Shown piece after piece: positions 29,123 through 39,062 of a stretch of DNA of 64,000 bases (within the stretch, counting starts at the first letter, position 1; each line of letters opens with the position of its first letter). This stretch comes from a virus. Under the pieces are notes generated by a model that saw only the letters and a program-made list of their open reading frames with translations, was not told where the DNA came from and did not search any database. The stretch lies in the IMG/VR virus record IMGVR_UViG_3300036715_000363, positions 7,717 through 71,716 of that record. One strand, given 5' to 3'. The translations under genes were made by a program, and so were the position numbers.

Positions 29123-29493
29123 ATCACCGTTTCCTCATAACCCTCCAACCTTATTACAACACCATCAACGTCACTCATTATAAAAACTTTTTCATTAGTT
29201 GTAAGTTTTATATTATCGCGTAAGTAAACATCGTCTGAAGATACTTTTATATTCTTTTCAACATAGTCTACTAAGGTAGGCATGTTACCAGTACTTATTG
29301 CTATGTTTATTTTTGCTGATGAAGTTTCATTTGTATTTAGTAAACAAATATTGCAATTTACGAAAGTTACATAATTAGGTACAGTATATATAAGTTTAAA
29401 AGCATTAGGAGTTAGTATGGTTTTACCCAATAATCCTTTTTTTAAAGCTGGTGCTTGGTCTGCGAAACTATAACCGGATAGGATCTTACCCAT
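29119..29493 (-). CDS. small structural protein
   Basis: beta-rich 124-aa ORF in tail cluster. Confidence 0.55.
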   Translation of the reverse strand: MGKILSGYSFADQAPALKKGLLGKTILTPNAFKLIYTVPNYVTFVNCNICLLNTNETSSAKINIAISTGNMPTLVDYVEKNIKVSSDDVYLRDNIKLTTNEKVFIMSDVDGVVIRLEGYEETVI

Positions 29494-29518
29494 AATATCT
29501 TCCTAATTTTAAAAACAT

Positions 29519-29968
29519 TTATTTAATTGCCATTAATGGTGTTTCCGTTATTAAATGTAAATCATTAAATACATCCAACCCTGCACCTTTAAGAGCACCC
29601 GCAGCTAGTTCATAACAGAACCAGGAATTATCATCTCCCCAATCCCGAGTTGTGCCTAAACCTAAGCCGATAACACCTTTATAATCATAACCTTTACCTA
29701 ATTGCTCAGTTAAGAAATCAATACCTGCTTGCAAATTAGGTACGTCGTAAGTAATTAATTTTACTATCTTGTCATTACCTACCATAGACTTCTCATCACC
29801 ACAGCAGACACCTTTAAAAGGTACTGCTTGATAAACCTTATCTCCTGCATAAATATAACAGTGAGAAGATAAGGCGAGGCTGAATCGACTACGAGGCAAT
29901 ACCCATCTAACAAAATAGGATACAATACTAAAGTTATTCTTTGTAAACTTTATAGTTATTTGACTCAC
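29519..29968 (-). CDS. permuted papain-like amidase (YaeF/YiiX-like)
   Basis: SHC upstream, QLGKGYD, WFCYEL (His before Cys). Confidence 0.75.
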   Translation of the reverse strand: MSQITIKFTKNNFSIVSYFVRWVLPRSRFSLALSSHCYIYAGDKVYQAVPFKGVCCGDEKSMVGNDKIVKLITYDVPNLQAGIDFLTEQLGKGYDYKGVIGLGLGTTRDWGDDNSWFCYELAAGALKGAGLDVFNDLHLITETPLMAIK

Positions 29969-29997
29969 TATGATAAACCTCTTTAATTAAAAAAATA

Positions 29998-30555
29998 TTA
30001 AGCAGGCCACGCTAACACAGGAAGTGCTGCAAATACATCTGCAATACTTGCTGGCGCTGGAGTGGTACCCGCAGCTACTGCTGCTTTTAAATCACTTAAT
30101 GCTGCCCAAGTTTGTAATCTAACCATATTAGCATAGATACCTTTATTTTTAATAGCGATCTCTGTAGATGTTGGGTTATCTGACAACACTGAATTAGCAT
30201 ATCCTGCTGCTGAATTAATACCATCAAAATCAGCAGTGGCTGCAAAGTCATCTAAACTCTTTTGCACTTGGTGAGCATAATCTACCTTTGTATTAACTAA
30301 TTGTGCAGCTAATTCTTCAGGTGTAAAATTAGTAGCTACCCATGTAGTAGACCAAACGCCATTTATTAAAGATGGAATACTTTCTACATATTTCTGAGTA
30401 GTCGTGTTAGGTGGAGATGATACATAGTTTAAATTAGCATAACCATAATCAGCTAAAAAAGTATCATCCATAACTTCTGGAAAACATACATTTGGAAATG
30501 TATTTTTAAAATCTAATTCACTTACTAATGCTTGTGTAGATGTGTTGATTAACAT
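29998..30555 (-). CDS. tail fibre assembly-like protein
   Basis: VQKSLDDFA...DGI.SA..YA; ends LP.L.WP. Confidence 0.7.
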   Translation of the reverse strand: MLINTSTQALVSELDFKNTFPNVCFPEVMDDTFLADYGYANLNYVSSPPNTTTQKYVESIPSLINGVWSTTWVATNFTPEELAAQLVNTKVDYAHQVQKSLDDFAATADFDGINSAAGYANSVLSDNPTSTEIAIKNKGIYANMVRLQTWAALSDLKAAVAAGTTPAPASIADVFAALPVLAWPA

Positions 30556-30627
30556 AAAGATATCCTTTAAAAATAAAAGTTAAATAACTATGCTAAATAT
30601 TTTTATAAATGGCATAGTTACTATTTT

Positions 30628-31536
30628 TTATAAATAACCGGGACTAGATGAAACAGCGCCTAGTAGATTACGCGCCATACCTAAAGCAGTGCCTGGCGTT
30701 ACAGTATCCCCACTAAAAGTATATTTTTCAGTTCTGTTAATACTTGTACCAGAATTATTTATTATAGTTTCACCACCACCAAATATACCCACTGTCTTAT
30801 TACTTGCTCCCGCATAATAACACATGGCATCAATTAATGCAGTGGCTGCTGTAACTACGTCGCCAGCATAAGTATATTTATCACTATAACTATTTAATGT
30901 AAATGTATTATCTACACCGCCAGTAATTATAGCAATAGTGCCATCAGTTACAGCTGCGCCACCAAACTTAGCTATTCCTAAATTTGTACCACTAGATACA
31001 GTTTCATCACTAAATGCATATTTTTTAGTAGCCGCATAAACTGCATTACTAGCACCAAATCCACCAACTATTAAACCATAAGTAGGATTACCAGTAGCTA
31101 CTTCATAAGCGGTGGCATAACCAAGAATAGTACCATTACTAACGGCATTACTAGCGTATGTATATTTATCAGTAAAATCTTGATAGATTCCACTGTCTGT
31201 TTGACCACCACTAAAGAAACCAATAGTACTACTACTGAATCCCACTCTATTTTCATAACTAGCTAGTGCGGATGCACTTACACAAGTATCTCCAGCATAG
31301 GTATATTTATCACTTAAGCTTGTATTATACCCGCGTGCAAATATTCCAACCGTAGAATTACCAGTACCAGTTAATGCATATCTAGCCTGTGTTAGTACAG
31401 TAGGATTTGTTACTGAATCTGTTGCGTAAGCATATTTATCAATATAAGTAGTTGAAGCATCACCACCAGCAAAGATAGCTGCTGGTGTGGCACTAACTAC
31501 ACCTAATGCATTATGTGTTAGGTGTCTTAAAAACAT
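30628..31536 (-). CDS. Kelch-like beta-propeller protein
   Basis: repeated GIF.GG...DKYTY..D.V...T.L units. Confidence 0.7.
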   Translation of the reverse strand: MFLRHLTHNALGVVSATPAAIFAGGDASTTYIDKYAYATDSVTNPTVLTQARYALTGTGNSTVGIFARGYNTSLSDKYTYAGDTCVSASALASYENRVGFSSSTIGFFSGGQTDSGIYQDFTDKYTYASNAVSNGTILGYATAYEVATGNPTYGLIVGGFGASNAVYAATKKYAFSDETVSSGTNLGIAKFGGAAVTDGTIAIITGGVDNTFTLNSYSDKYTYAGDVVTAATALIDAMCYYAGASNKTVGIFGGGETIINNSGTSINRTEKYTFSGDTVTPGTALGMARNLLGAVSSSPGYL

Positions 31537-31547
31537 AGATTATTCCT

Positions 31548-33224
31548 TTATAGTAATTTACCATAAACAGTAACACCACCATCAGTAGACATGAAATATA
31601 AAAAGTCAGTACCAGTTGATTGTAAAGATGTACGGCCAATAGCTGTTAGGTATGCTGAGAATGAAGCAGCGGCAGCGCCAGTACTAGGCAGTTGCCAGAT
31701 TATACCAGCGGGCATTGTAATAGCAGCGGAACCACCATTAACTAACTCTATTAATAAATCACTATATATACCAGCAGCAGCAAAACCACTAAATGCTAAA
31801 GTAAGTGCACCACCAACTGTAAGCTTTTGTACGTTAGCTGTATCAGCAGCAAATGTAACAGTGCCCGTAGTTACTGTACCTTTATCTACTTCAGTAAATG
31901 ACTGAGGACCATTAAATGTATTTGCATTTGTAGTTAATACACCTGCTATATCAGCAGCATCTAAAGTAACATTACCAGATAAAGCTTTACCGTTGACAGT
32001 AGTTGTTTTAGGAACAAGTAAAGCATCAGCACTGGTTCTAGCAGTTACTTCATCACTAAGATCAGTAGATACTGAAGCACTAACAGATAATATTGATGAA
32101 TCGACATAAGTAATATCCGCTTTAGTAGCTTCAACACTTACTGCTCTAGTTACTTCAGTTAGTAAATCACTTTGAAGTGCTAAGCCAGAAATACTTCCCA
32201 TTGTAGGTAAGTTATCTACTGTGTTTGATAAAGCTAATAAATCTGTTTGATCTGCTTTTAAAGCTATGGCAGTATTAACATCTTCAGATACTGCTAAGGT
32301 TGGTAGTGTTGCGTTAATAGTATTAACTGCTGTCTGCGTAATAGCTAAATCCGTAGATAAAGCATAAGCATTTAAACTACTGGTTGTAGGTAATGCAGCT
32401 ACAGTGGTTTGTAAAGCATCTAAAGCAGCCTGAGTTGCTAAACCAGCAGTACTACCTGTAGTTGGCAAATTAGCTACAGTATTAGATAATGCTGTCAAAT
32501 CTGTTTGATCTGCTTTAGCAGATAAACCAGTATCTACGTAACTAGTATCTGCTTTAGCAGATAAACCAGTATCTACGTAACTAGTATCTGCTTTAGCAGA
32601 TAAACCAGTATCTACGTAACTAGTATCTGCTTTAGCAGATACTACGGCCTGTAATGATGATACAGAAGCTTGTGTAGCTAAACCAGATACAGCAGCTGTT
32701 ACATCGCTAGATAAAGCTAAAGTAGGTAAAGTAGTATTAATAGTATCAATAGCACTTTGTGCTGCTGACATATCAACCTGATCTGCTTTAGTACCTACAA
32801 TAACAGATAAAGCACCAACAGTAACTTGATCAGCTTTAGCTGTAATTGCTGTAGATAAAGCATCAACTGTAACTTGATCAGCTTTAGTAGCTAACGAATT
32901 AACAACATTTGATGCATTAGCTTTAGAAGCTAAAGCTAAATCTACCGCTGTTTGATCAGCTTTAGCTGTAATTGCTGTAGATAAAGCATCAACTGTAACT
33001 TGATCAGCTTTGCTATCAAGAGCAGCTTGTTGAGCAATGCTTACTTGTTTATTAGCATCACTAGTGTTATTAATTTGGTCAATACCTAACAATACCTTAT
33101 TGTTACTTACTGATTGTAAGTTAGCAAGAGTGATTGTATAGTTTGCACCGTTAGATATTACTGGTATTTGTTCTTGACCAGTAATAGTTGATATCTGTGG
33201 TAATTGTGATAATTTGCGATCCAT
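31548..33224 (-). CDS. coiled-coil tail fibre
   Basis: KLSQLP N-terminus, many KADQ repeats, C-terminal STDGGVTVYG domain. Confidence 0.75.
   Translation of the reverse strand: MDRKLSQLPQISTITGQEQIPVISNGANYTITLANLQSVSNNKVLLGIDQINNTSDANKQVSIAQQAALDSKADQVTVDALSTAITAKADQTAVDLALASKANASNVVNSLATKADQVTVDALSTAITAKADQVTVGALSVIVGTKADQVDMSAAQSAIDTINTTLPTLALSSDVTAAVSGLATQASVSSLQAVVSAKADTSYVDTGLSAKADTSYVDTGLSAKADTSYVDTGLSAKADQTDLTALSNTVANLPTTGSTAGLATQAALDALQTTVAALPTTSSLNAYALSTDLAITQTAVNTINATLPTLAVSEDVNTAIALKADQTDLLALSNTVDNLPTMGSISGLALQSDLLTEVTRAVSVEATKADITYVDSSILSVSASVSTDLSDEVTARTSADALLVPKTTTVNGKALSGNVTLDAADIAGVLTTNANTFNGPQSFTEVDKGTVTTGTVTFAADTANVQKLTVGGALTLAFSGFAAAGIYSDLLIELVNGGSAAITMPAGIIWQLPSTGAAAASFSAYLTAIGRTSLQSTGTDFLYFMSTDGGVTVYGKLL
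32508..32641. repeat. perfect 39-bp tandem repeat (about 3.4 copies), in frame
   Basis: atctgctttagcagataaaccagtatctacgtaactagt x3 encodes SAKADTSYVDTGL. Confidence 0.9.
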
Positions 33225-33238
33225 TTAAATCTCCTAAA

Positions 33239-33724
33239 TTAATTAAGTAAATAACTACCATCTTCTGCTAATATTCTTCCACCATCTTCAAAAAGTAATT
33301 TATCTTGTATGGTAGCTAAAACGGTTTGTTTAAAGACTGTGTCACTAACCTTCTTATACAAAGATGGGTTCATATCTTGCGATAAAGTTAAATTAACTAT
33401 AAAGCACATGTCATTTAAATTTAAACTATAATTTGTTCTATGTGATAATACAAATTTATTAAAACCTTGGTTAAAACCGAATTGAACATAAACAGTGATA
33501 TTTAAGTAATCATCCGTTCTAACCGTGTCTAATTCAAAAGCACAATCCGAATCAATTTTACCTGGGATATATTTAATATTAAAATAATCTGAAGTAAATG
33601 AATAATTAAGTTGAGTATTAAATTCGGTGACTATTAAATCTTTTATTTGATTTTCTAAATCAGTTATATCTGTTACATTGTTAGCCATAAAATAATCTCC
33701 TGTAGAGAGTAATAAAATACTCAT
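33239..33724 (-). CDS. hypothetical structural protein
   Basis: ends LLFEDGGRILAEDGSYLL; true start probably MANN. Confidence 0.6.
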   Translation of the reverse strand: MSILLLSTGDYFMANNVTDITDLENQIKDLIVTEFNTQLNYSFTSDYFNIKYIPGKIDSDCAFELDTVRTDDYLNITVYVQFGFNQGFNKFVLSHRTNYSLNLNDMCFIVNLTLSQDMNPSLYKKVSDTVFKQTVLATIQDKLLFEDGGRILAEDGSYLLN

Positions 33725-33837
33725 ACCATGTAGAATTTATTATAACGTAAAACATACTACATACACTAGGATTAATTTCCTAGTGTATGTGGTATTAATA
33801 TTAAGCTTGTGTAGCGTCCAATAAAAAAAATACAATC

Positions 33838-33869
33838 AAAAAAATAGAGTAGTGTTAGCTACTCTATTT
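33838..33869 (-). terminator. intrinsic terminator
   Basis: aaatagagtag/ctactctattt with A-run. Confidence 0.7.
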
Positions 33870-33876
33870 ATAATTT

Positions 33877-34470
33877 CTAATAAATATTTAACAATGGTAA
33901 ATCTTTATACAAAGTTTCTTTAACTAAAGGCATTGGTGGTAATAATGTAACCAGAGGTAAATTTTGATACCATACCTTTTTAACTAGTGGTGTTTCTGGT
34001 AATACTTTAACATTTGGTAAATTTTGATACCATATATTTTCAACTAAAGGAGTATTTGGTAATATTTTTACCAATGGTAAACAAATATACTCTATTTTTT
34101 CAACTAGTGGTGATTCTGGTAATGACTCTACCAATGGTAGATTAGCGTACTTTATTTTTTTAGCTAGAGGTGATTCTGGTAATACTGTAACCTTTGGTAA
34201 ATTAACATACCAAACGCATTCGACTAATGGAGTATTTGGTAATGATTCTACTAAAGGTAAATCACCGCATTCTATTGTTTTAGCTAGAGGTGATTCTGGT
34301 AGTACTGTAATTAATGGTAAACCAATATATACTATTTCTTCAGCTAGAGGTGATTCTGGTAATGATTCTACCATTGGTAAATCAAAATATACTATTTCTT
34401 TAGCTATAGCTGCTGCAGCTATAGCTTCATCATTAAATTCCGTATATTCTACATTATCAATTTTAATCAT
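33877..34470 (-). CDS. 22-aa leucine-rich-repeat protein, paralogue 3
   Basis: MIKIDNVEYTEFNDEAIAAAAIAK plus about 8 repeats. Confidence 0.85.
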   Translation of the reverse strand: MIKIDNVEYTEFNDEAIAAAAIAKEIVYFDLPMVESLPESPLAEEIVYIGLPLITVLPESPLAKTIECGDLPLVESLPNTPLVECVWYVNLPKVTVLPESPLAKKIKYANLPLVESLPESPLVEKIEYICLPLVKILPNTPLVENIWYQNLPNVKVLPETPLVKKVWYQNLPLVTLLPPMPLVKETLYKDLPLLNIY

Positions 34471-34483
34471 TTTAAAACTCCTT

Positions 34484-34553
34484 TAAAAGTGTGAACATAT
34501 AGTTACAAATTTTACTAAACATTCACACTTTTATTAGTAAAATTTGTAACTAT
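34484..34553. repeat. interlocked inverted repeats (12 bp and 20 bp)
   Basis: 34484-34495 complements 34522-34533; 34499-34518 complements 34534-34553. Confidence 0.85.
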
Positions 34554-34606
34554 GGGGTATTATTTTATTAACACTGTGATATTTTATTTATCTTTATAAA
34601 TAAAAA

Positions 34607-35491
34607 TTAATATGTATCTTCAGGCATTATTTCATCACCTGCCATTACTTCATCACCAGCAACAGGTAAAGTTTCTTGTTGTTCTACGCCAGTTACTGCA
34701 TTTACAAAACTACTAAAGTTACCAGAAAGGAATAACTTTTTATTAAGATCTGTAGACGGATCATTAAAAGCAGTTAATAATTTATTAAGACTAGCTTGCA
34801 TTGATTTAATTAAATTAGAAGAATTATCAAGATATGAAACTACACCTTTACTCCATTCTTCTAAATCAATTTCACCAGTTTCATATTGTGCTTTTAAATC
34901 ACTCAATGTAATAAACTCACCTAGCTCAATTACATTTTCTTCTTTCTTCAGTGATGCTAAATCAAAACTAGAATCAACAGCAAAATCAAAAATAACACCA
35001 AGATGTACTTTACCAACATCATCACTATTATTGTAGATTAAGGTTAGTCCATATGAGTTAAGATAAGCACCATAATTAGTTTTAGTTTGTGCTTTAATTT
35101 CACTAGTAAACGTTAAACCTATTTCTTCTTCCAATTCACGGAATGCATCATCAATCATAAATTCAATAATTGATTCACCTTCAGCTGGCATTGTTTCAAT
35201 GTGTCCACCAAGACCAATTGAGAATTTAGCATGTAGGCGATTTTCATCACCAGCTTTACCGCGACGATACATGTATACTTCTTTTTCACCTGTAAGAGGG
35301 CTTGGTTTGCTTAATACTACATATGGAATAATTTGTAAAGTACTGTCATCTGTTTCGCAAATAGCGCGATCAACTAAACGAAAGTTCTGTTCATAGAAGC
35401 TTTTTGATTTATCTTCTAAAATGAATAAATCAGTTCCTTTAATACCAAATGAATCTAAAAAACTTTTATCAATAACTAATGCATTTTTCAT
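34607..35491 (-). CDS. Nudix hydrolase
   Basis: QIIPY, SIGLGGHIE, AFRELEEEIGL Nudix box, VGKVHLG. Confidence 0.88.
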   Translation of the reverse strand: MKNALVIDKSFLDSFGIKGTDLFILEDKSKSFYEQNFRLVDRAICETDDSTLQIIPYVVLSKPSPLTGEKEVYMYRRGKAGDENRLHAKFSIGLGGHIETMPAEGESIIEFMIDDAFRELEEEIGLTFTSEIKAQTKTNYGAYLNSYGLTLIYNNSDDVGKVHLGVIFDFAVDSSFDLASLKKEENVIELGEFITLSDLKAQYETGEIDLEEWSKGVVSYLDNSSNLIKSMQASLNKLLTAFNDPSTDLNKKLFLSGNFSSFVNAVTGVEQQETLPVAGDEVMAGDEIMPEDTY

Positions 35492-35559
35492 GTGTTCTTC
35501 CTTTTTTCTATTAAAATAAAGTAATGCGTACTTGTGTACAATGTATTAACTAACACAGT

Positions 35560-35602
35560 AAAAAATATACATAGACTAGATTTTACTCTAGTCTATGTAT
35601 AT
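35560..35602 (-). terminator. intrinsic terminator
   Basis: atatacatagactaga/tctagtctatgtatat with A-run. Confidence 0.7.
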
Positions 35603-35606
35603 ACTT

Positions 35607-37349
35607 TTAAATAACTATAACATCTTTAATACTACAACCAAATAAATAATTATTAGATTTAAATAACACTTTATCAATACTACCACCAGCATTATTTTTT
35701 ATTAACATATTACTACTACTACCGTAATATAAATTATTATTTACTGGTAAACTAAAATCACCAAACGACACAGTGCTAAAATTATTTAAGTTTCTTAATT
35801 TTACAGCATATGAATCTAAAGGTAAAGGTAAGTCAATATATTGAGCACCACTTAACGTTTTATATTTACCAATAAAATCAAATGAAATAATATTATTTCC
35901 TAAGAAACTACTAACTGGTCTAACACTATAAGTTAAGTATGAGACATCGGAATAACTATCAATAGCAGAAATGTATTCACCTGGTTCTAAATCAACAGAA
36001 CTAGTATTAACGAATACTGTATCACTACTAATATTACTAATTACTGAATTAAAATTATTATCAATAATACCGTCATCTAAGAACTTAATACATGGATTCC
36101 AAGATGCAGTATAATTCATACTAGTATCAGCAGCTGATAATAATTCACCTACACCATTTAAATATTCACCATTTACTAAAGGAGTGCTACCTGTTATATT
36201 TATACCTTGTACTGGTTTAACTAATAAATAAAAACCACCATCACTAAGTGCTTTTAAATCTAACGCAGTAAATGGTGCAGTAGTAGGAATAGAATTTCCA
36301 ATGTATACTCTAGTAAAACCAATATCTACACTGATGTCAGAATTATAACGTGTAATTTTAAAAAAGCCTTGATTATTACTGTTATAAGGTACAGATGCAT
36401 TATAAGGTTTTGTTACTATATAAAAATAGTCATCTAAACCAGGTCTAATAAATTCAGCAACACAGTCAAGAAGAGTCATTGTATTATTTAGACTGCCATC
36501 TAAATTATAACTAGTAATTATAGTACCTGTATTATCTAAAGTAACTAATTTGCTTTTAGTTAAAATATATTCTTTAGATGTATTAACACCAACAAAAAGT
36601 AAATCATCACTAGACAATACATACCCAGTAATATCTATTAACAAATTACTAACTGTTATTGTAGAGTAAGTGTTTCCTAAATCATAACTCACATCTAAAG
36701 AAAAAGAACCAAATAGTCTAAATGAAGAACTATTCATCTTTACTATTTTATTTAAAATAAAAGTTGTAATGTTTCTAGTATTTATTAAGAAATAAAAATC
36801 ATTATTAATAACATCATTAGTCATTAAAATTAATGATTTTGCAGGCACTACATAATCTATCTGAATTAATAAATTATCTTCAGAATTATCAATGATAGGC
36901 GGTTTAGGATTTAAACTAATAGTGTAACTACCATAGTACAAATAAGATAAAGAATTTGCTACTACAGTAACTTCTCTCTTAGCTAATGGATTAGCTGGAT
37001 CATAATGCGGTATAGGCGTATCTATATAGTCTTCTGGATAGACAGTTATACCTAATGCATTAGTTAGACTAGGCATTAAGTCTGATAGCATTACATCGAG
37101 CGTAGACAGTATATCTAAGTCAGTAGTTAACGCATCTTTAAAAGAAGTTCTATTGTAATAAATATTAGTACTATTATCATAAATTCCACCAGATAGAGGT
37201 AATAATGTTATTACTGTATTTGATCTATTTATAGTAGGATCAATACTAATTGGATCACTTTTTACTAACTGACTAAAATCTAAAGTAACATTATTAGTTT
37301 CTTTTATCTTAGTATTTAGTAAATCATTTACATACTCGTCATAAGTCAT
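35607..37349 (-). CDS. putative virion structural protein
   Basis: N-terminal NT......IYYNR...A.SL.Y.G domain seen in phiKZ-like tail proteins; beta-rich. Confidence 0.6.
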   Translation of the reverse strand: MTYDEYVNDLLNTKIKETNNVTLDFSQLVKSDPISIDPTINRSNTVITLLPLSGGIYDNSTNIYYNRTSFKDALTTDLDILSTLDVMLSDLMPSLTNALGITVYPEDYIDTPIPHYDPANPLAKREVTVVANSLSYLYYGSYTISLNPKPPIIDNSEDNLLIQIDYVVPAKSLILMTNDVINNDFYFLINTRNITTFILNKIVKMNSSSFRLFGSFSLDVSYDLGNTYSTITVSNLLIDITGYVLSSDDLLFVGVNTSKEYILTKSKLVTLDNTGTIITSYNLDGSLNNTMTLLDCVAEFIRPGLDDYFYIVTKPYNASVPYNSNNQGFFKITRYNSDISVDIGFTRVYIGNSIPTTAPFTALDLKALSDGGFYLLVKPVQGINITGSTPLVNGEYLNGVGELLSAADTSMNYTASWNPCIKFLDDGIIDNNFNSVISNISSDTVFVNTSSVDLEPGEYISAIDSYSDVSYLTYSVRPVSSFLGNNIISFDFIGKYKTLSGAQYIDLPLPLDSYAVKLRNLNNFSTVSFGDFSLPVNNNLYYGSSSNMLIKNNAGGSIDKVLFKSNNYLFGCSIKDVIVI

Positions 37350-37688
37350 TTACTTATCCTTAATTGTGGAAAATGATCTAGTTTCTAATTTATCAAACAA
37401 TCTTTCAAATACTCTATGACCAACGATGAATTTATAGTTATCAGCTAAGCTAGTAATCTCATACTTTTTAACACCTTTGCTGTCAGTTATGATTTTTGTT
37501 AATTCAAATACACCTGCTGTAGGATTTACAGTAAAGAAATTAATACCATCAACATCATAGTAGTTAGGTTCATTTTTGAGTACTATATTTTTAGCACCTG
37601 GAACCGTTATACCATAACCAACTAGCACTGGCTCATTTACTAAATATGATTTTATTTTTTTAAATATTTTAAACATTTTATTTTCCAT
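37350..37688 (-). CDS. hypothetical protein
   Basis: 112 aa, abuts neighbours. Confidence 0.6.
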   Translation of the reverse strand: MENKMFKIFKKIKSYLVNEPVLVGYGITVPGAKNIVLKNEPNYYDVDGINFFTVNPTAGVFELTKIITDSKGVKKYEITSLADNYKFIVGHRVFERLFDKLETRSFSTIKDK

Positions 37689-39062
37689 TTAAAAAGTTTG
37701 ATATGAAACTGTTTTCTTTAAGAACAAAGTTAATAATGAAGTAGTCTTATGTTGGCTAGCGAATATGCCTGAACCATTTAACTGTATCACTAAATGATTG
37801 TATACTACTACTCCTTCTAATTCATTTAAGAAACCATTCTCTAATAACACTAATTTACAAGGTTGTCCTGGGTAAATAATAGAACCATCGGAATGTTCCC
37901 AAGTAATATTAATTAGTGAGCCATTTTTTTGCTGAACTTTAGAATACTCAACAAAAGGATTACTCGATATACCATCACTAGCATTAGGAGCATAGTTTAA
38001 AGTATCTGCTCTAGCTTTTAATGCTACTTCTGTATTCAGATTAGCCCTAGCACCTACAGGTCCTTCAGCGGTCATTGTGACAGGTTTAGCCATCATTGCT
38101 TTAGCATCTGTTAATTTAAAACCCACACCAGAATTTAAATGACTATTCTCAGCATCATCGTGATAAGATACATCGCTAGTAGCAATTACATAAGTAGTAT
38201 CTCCTGCTACTCTAAAAGTTTTTTCTATTCCAGTATATCTTTCTTTAGGAATATTATAAAAAATAATCTTAGGAGAATTGCTTTTAAATCTATCAGTATT
38301 AAAGAGCGGATAAACAAACCACGTTCTTTTTTCTTTATAGACTTGTAAGTATGTGCCTATATCAGAGTTATATACTCCACCCATTTTATGTTGTATAAAA
38401 GTAGGAACTGAATGAAGTAATGTACCATGTGGTATAATCACATGTTTCTTTACTTCTAAGTTATCTGGCTTTACTACATCTACAGCATCTATTACGGGCT
38501 TACCATCGACTAATATTTTTAATGATTCACCAGCCATAATACCATATATTAATTTATCAGCAGCGATATTATTAAACGTACCGCCCATAGTTTTAATTCT
38601 TAATGGTTCTAAATCTCTATTTATTAATTGAAATTTAATTTCTATTATAGCAGCTAAGTCTTGCGATGTTTTATTAGTTAAGCCAGCAGATATACCAGAA
38701 AGACTAGGATTCTCCTCAGGTAAGAATACTGCCTTATATCTTTCCATATTTACTGGATTATTAGCAACGTTACTACCTACCGTTGAATTTAAAGGCTCTC
38801 TAACTAAAGTAAGCTCTAAATTATTTCTGTATGGATATACGTTGTGAATATATTCACCGACAGACATTATTACTACTATGTGGTTTACATCACCAATATT
38901 ATTAGCATAGTCTCGAATATAATCTACGTTCAATACTTTCATGGTAGTCAAGTCTTTATTGACCGTATGTACTAAAGCCGTATACCTATATAAAACTAAT
39001 GGAGCTGGTTGTTGTATTATTCTGTTTACTTCAGCCCAAAGTATTGTTTTAGTTATGTCCAT
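37689..39062 (-). CDS. phiKZ-like virion structural protein
   Basis: 457 aa within coupled late block. Confidence 0.65.
   Translation of the reverse strand: MDITKTILWAEVNRIIQQPAPLVLYRYTALVHTVNKDLTTMKVLNVDYIRDYANNIGDVNHIVVIMSVGEYIHNVYPYRNNLELTLVREPLNSTVGSNVANNPVNMERYKAVFLPEENPSLSGISAGLTNKTSQDLAAIIEIKFQLINRDLEPLRIKTMGGTFNNIAADKLIYGIMAGESLKILVDGKPVIDAVDVVKPDNLEVKKHVIIPHGTLLHSVPTFIQHKMGGVYNSDIGTYLQVYKEKRTWFVYPLFNTDRFKSNSPKIIFYNIPKERYTGIEKTFRVAGDTTYVIATSDVSYHDDAENSHLNSGVGFKLTDAKAMMAKPVTMTAEGPVGARANLNTEVALKARADTLNYAPNASDGISSNPFVEYSKVQQKNGSLINITWEHSDGSIIYPGQPCKLVLLENGFLNELEGVVVYNHLVIQLNGSGIFASQHKTTSLLTLFLKKTVSYQTF

Noticed and set aside
32508-32641. 39-bp tandem repeat as a non-coding array
   Set aside because: In-frame, no spacers; fibre shaft length repeat
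1-34470. DGR diversifying the LRR genes
   Set aside because: No reverse transcriptase or template/variable repeat pair in the window; differences are not clearly adenine-specific
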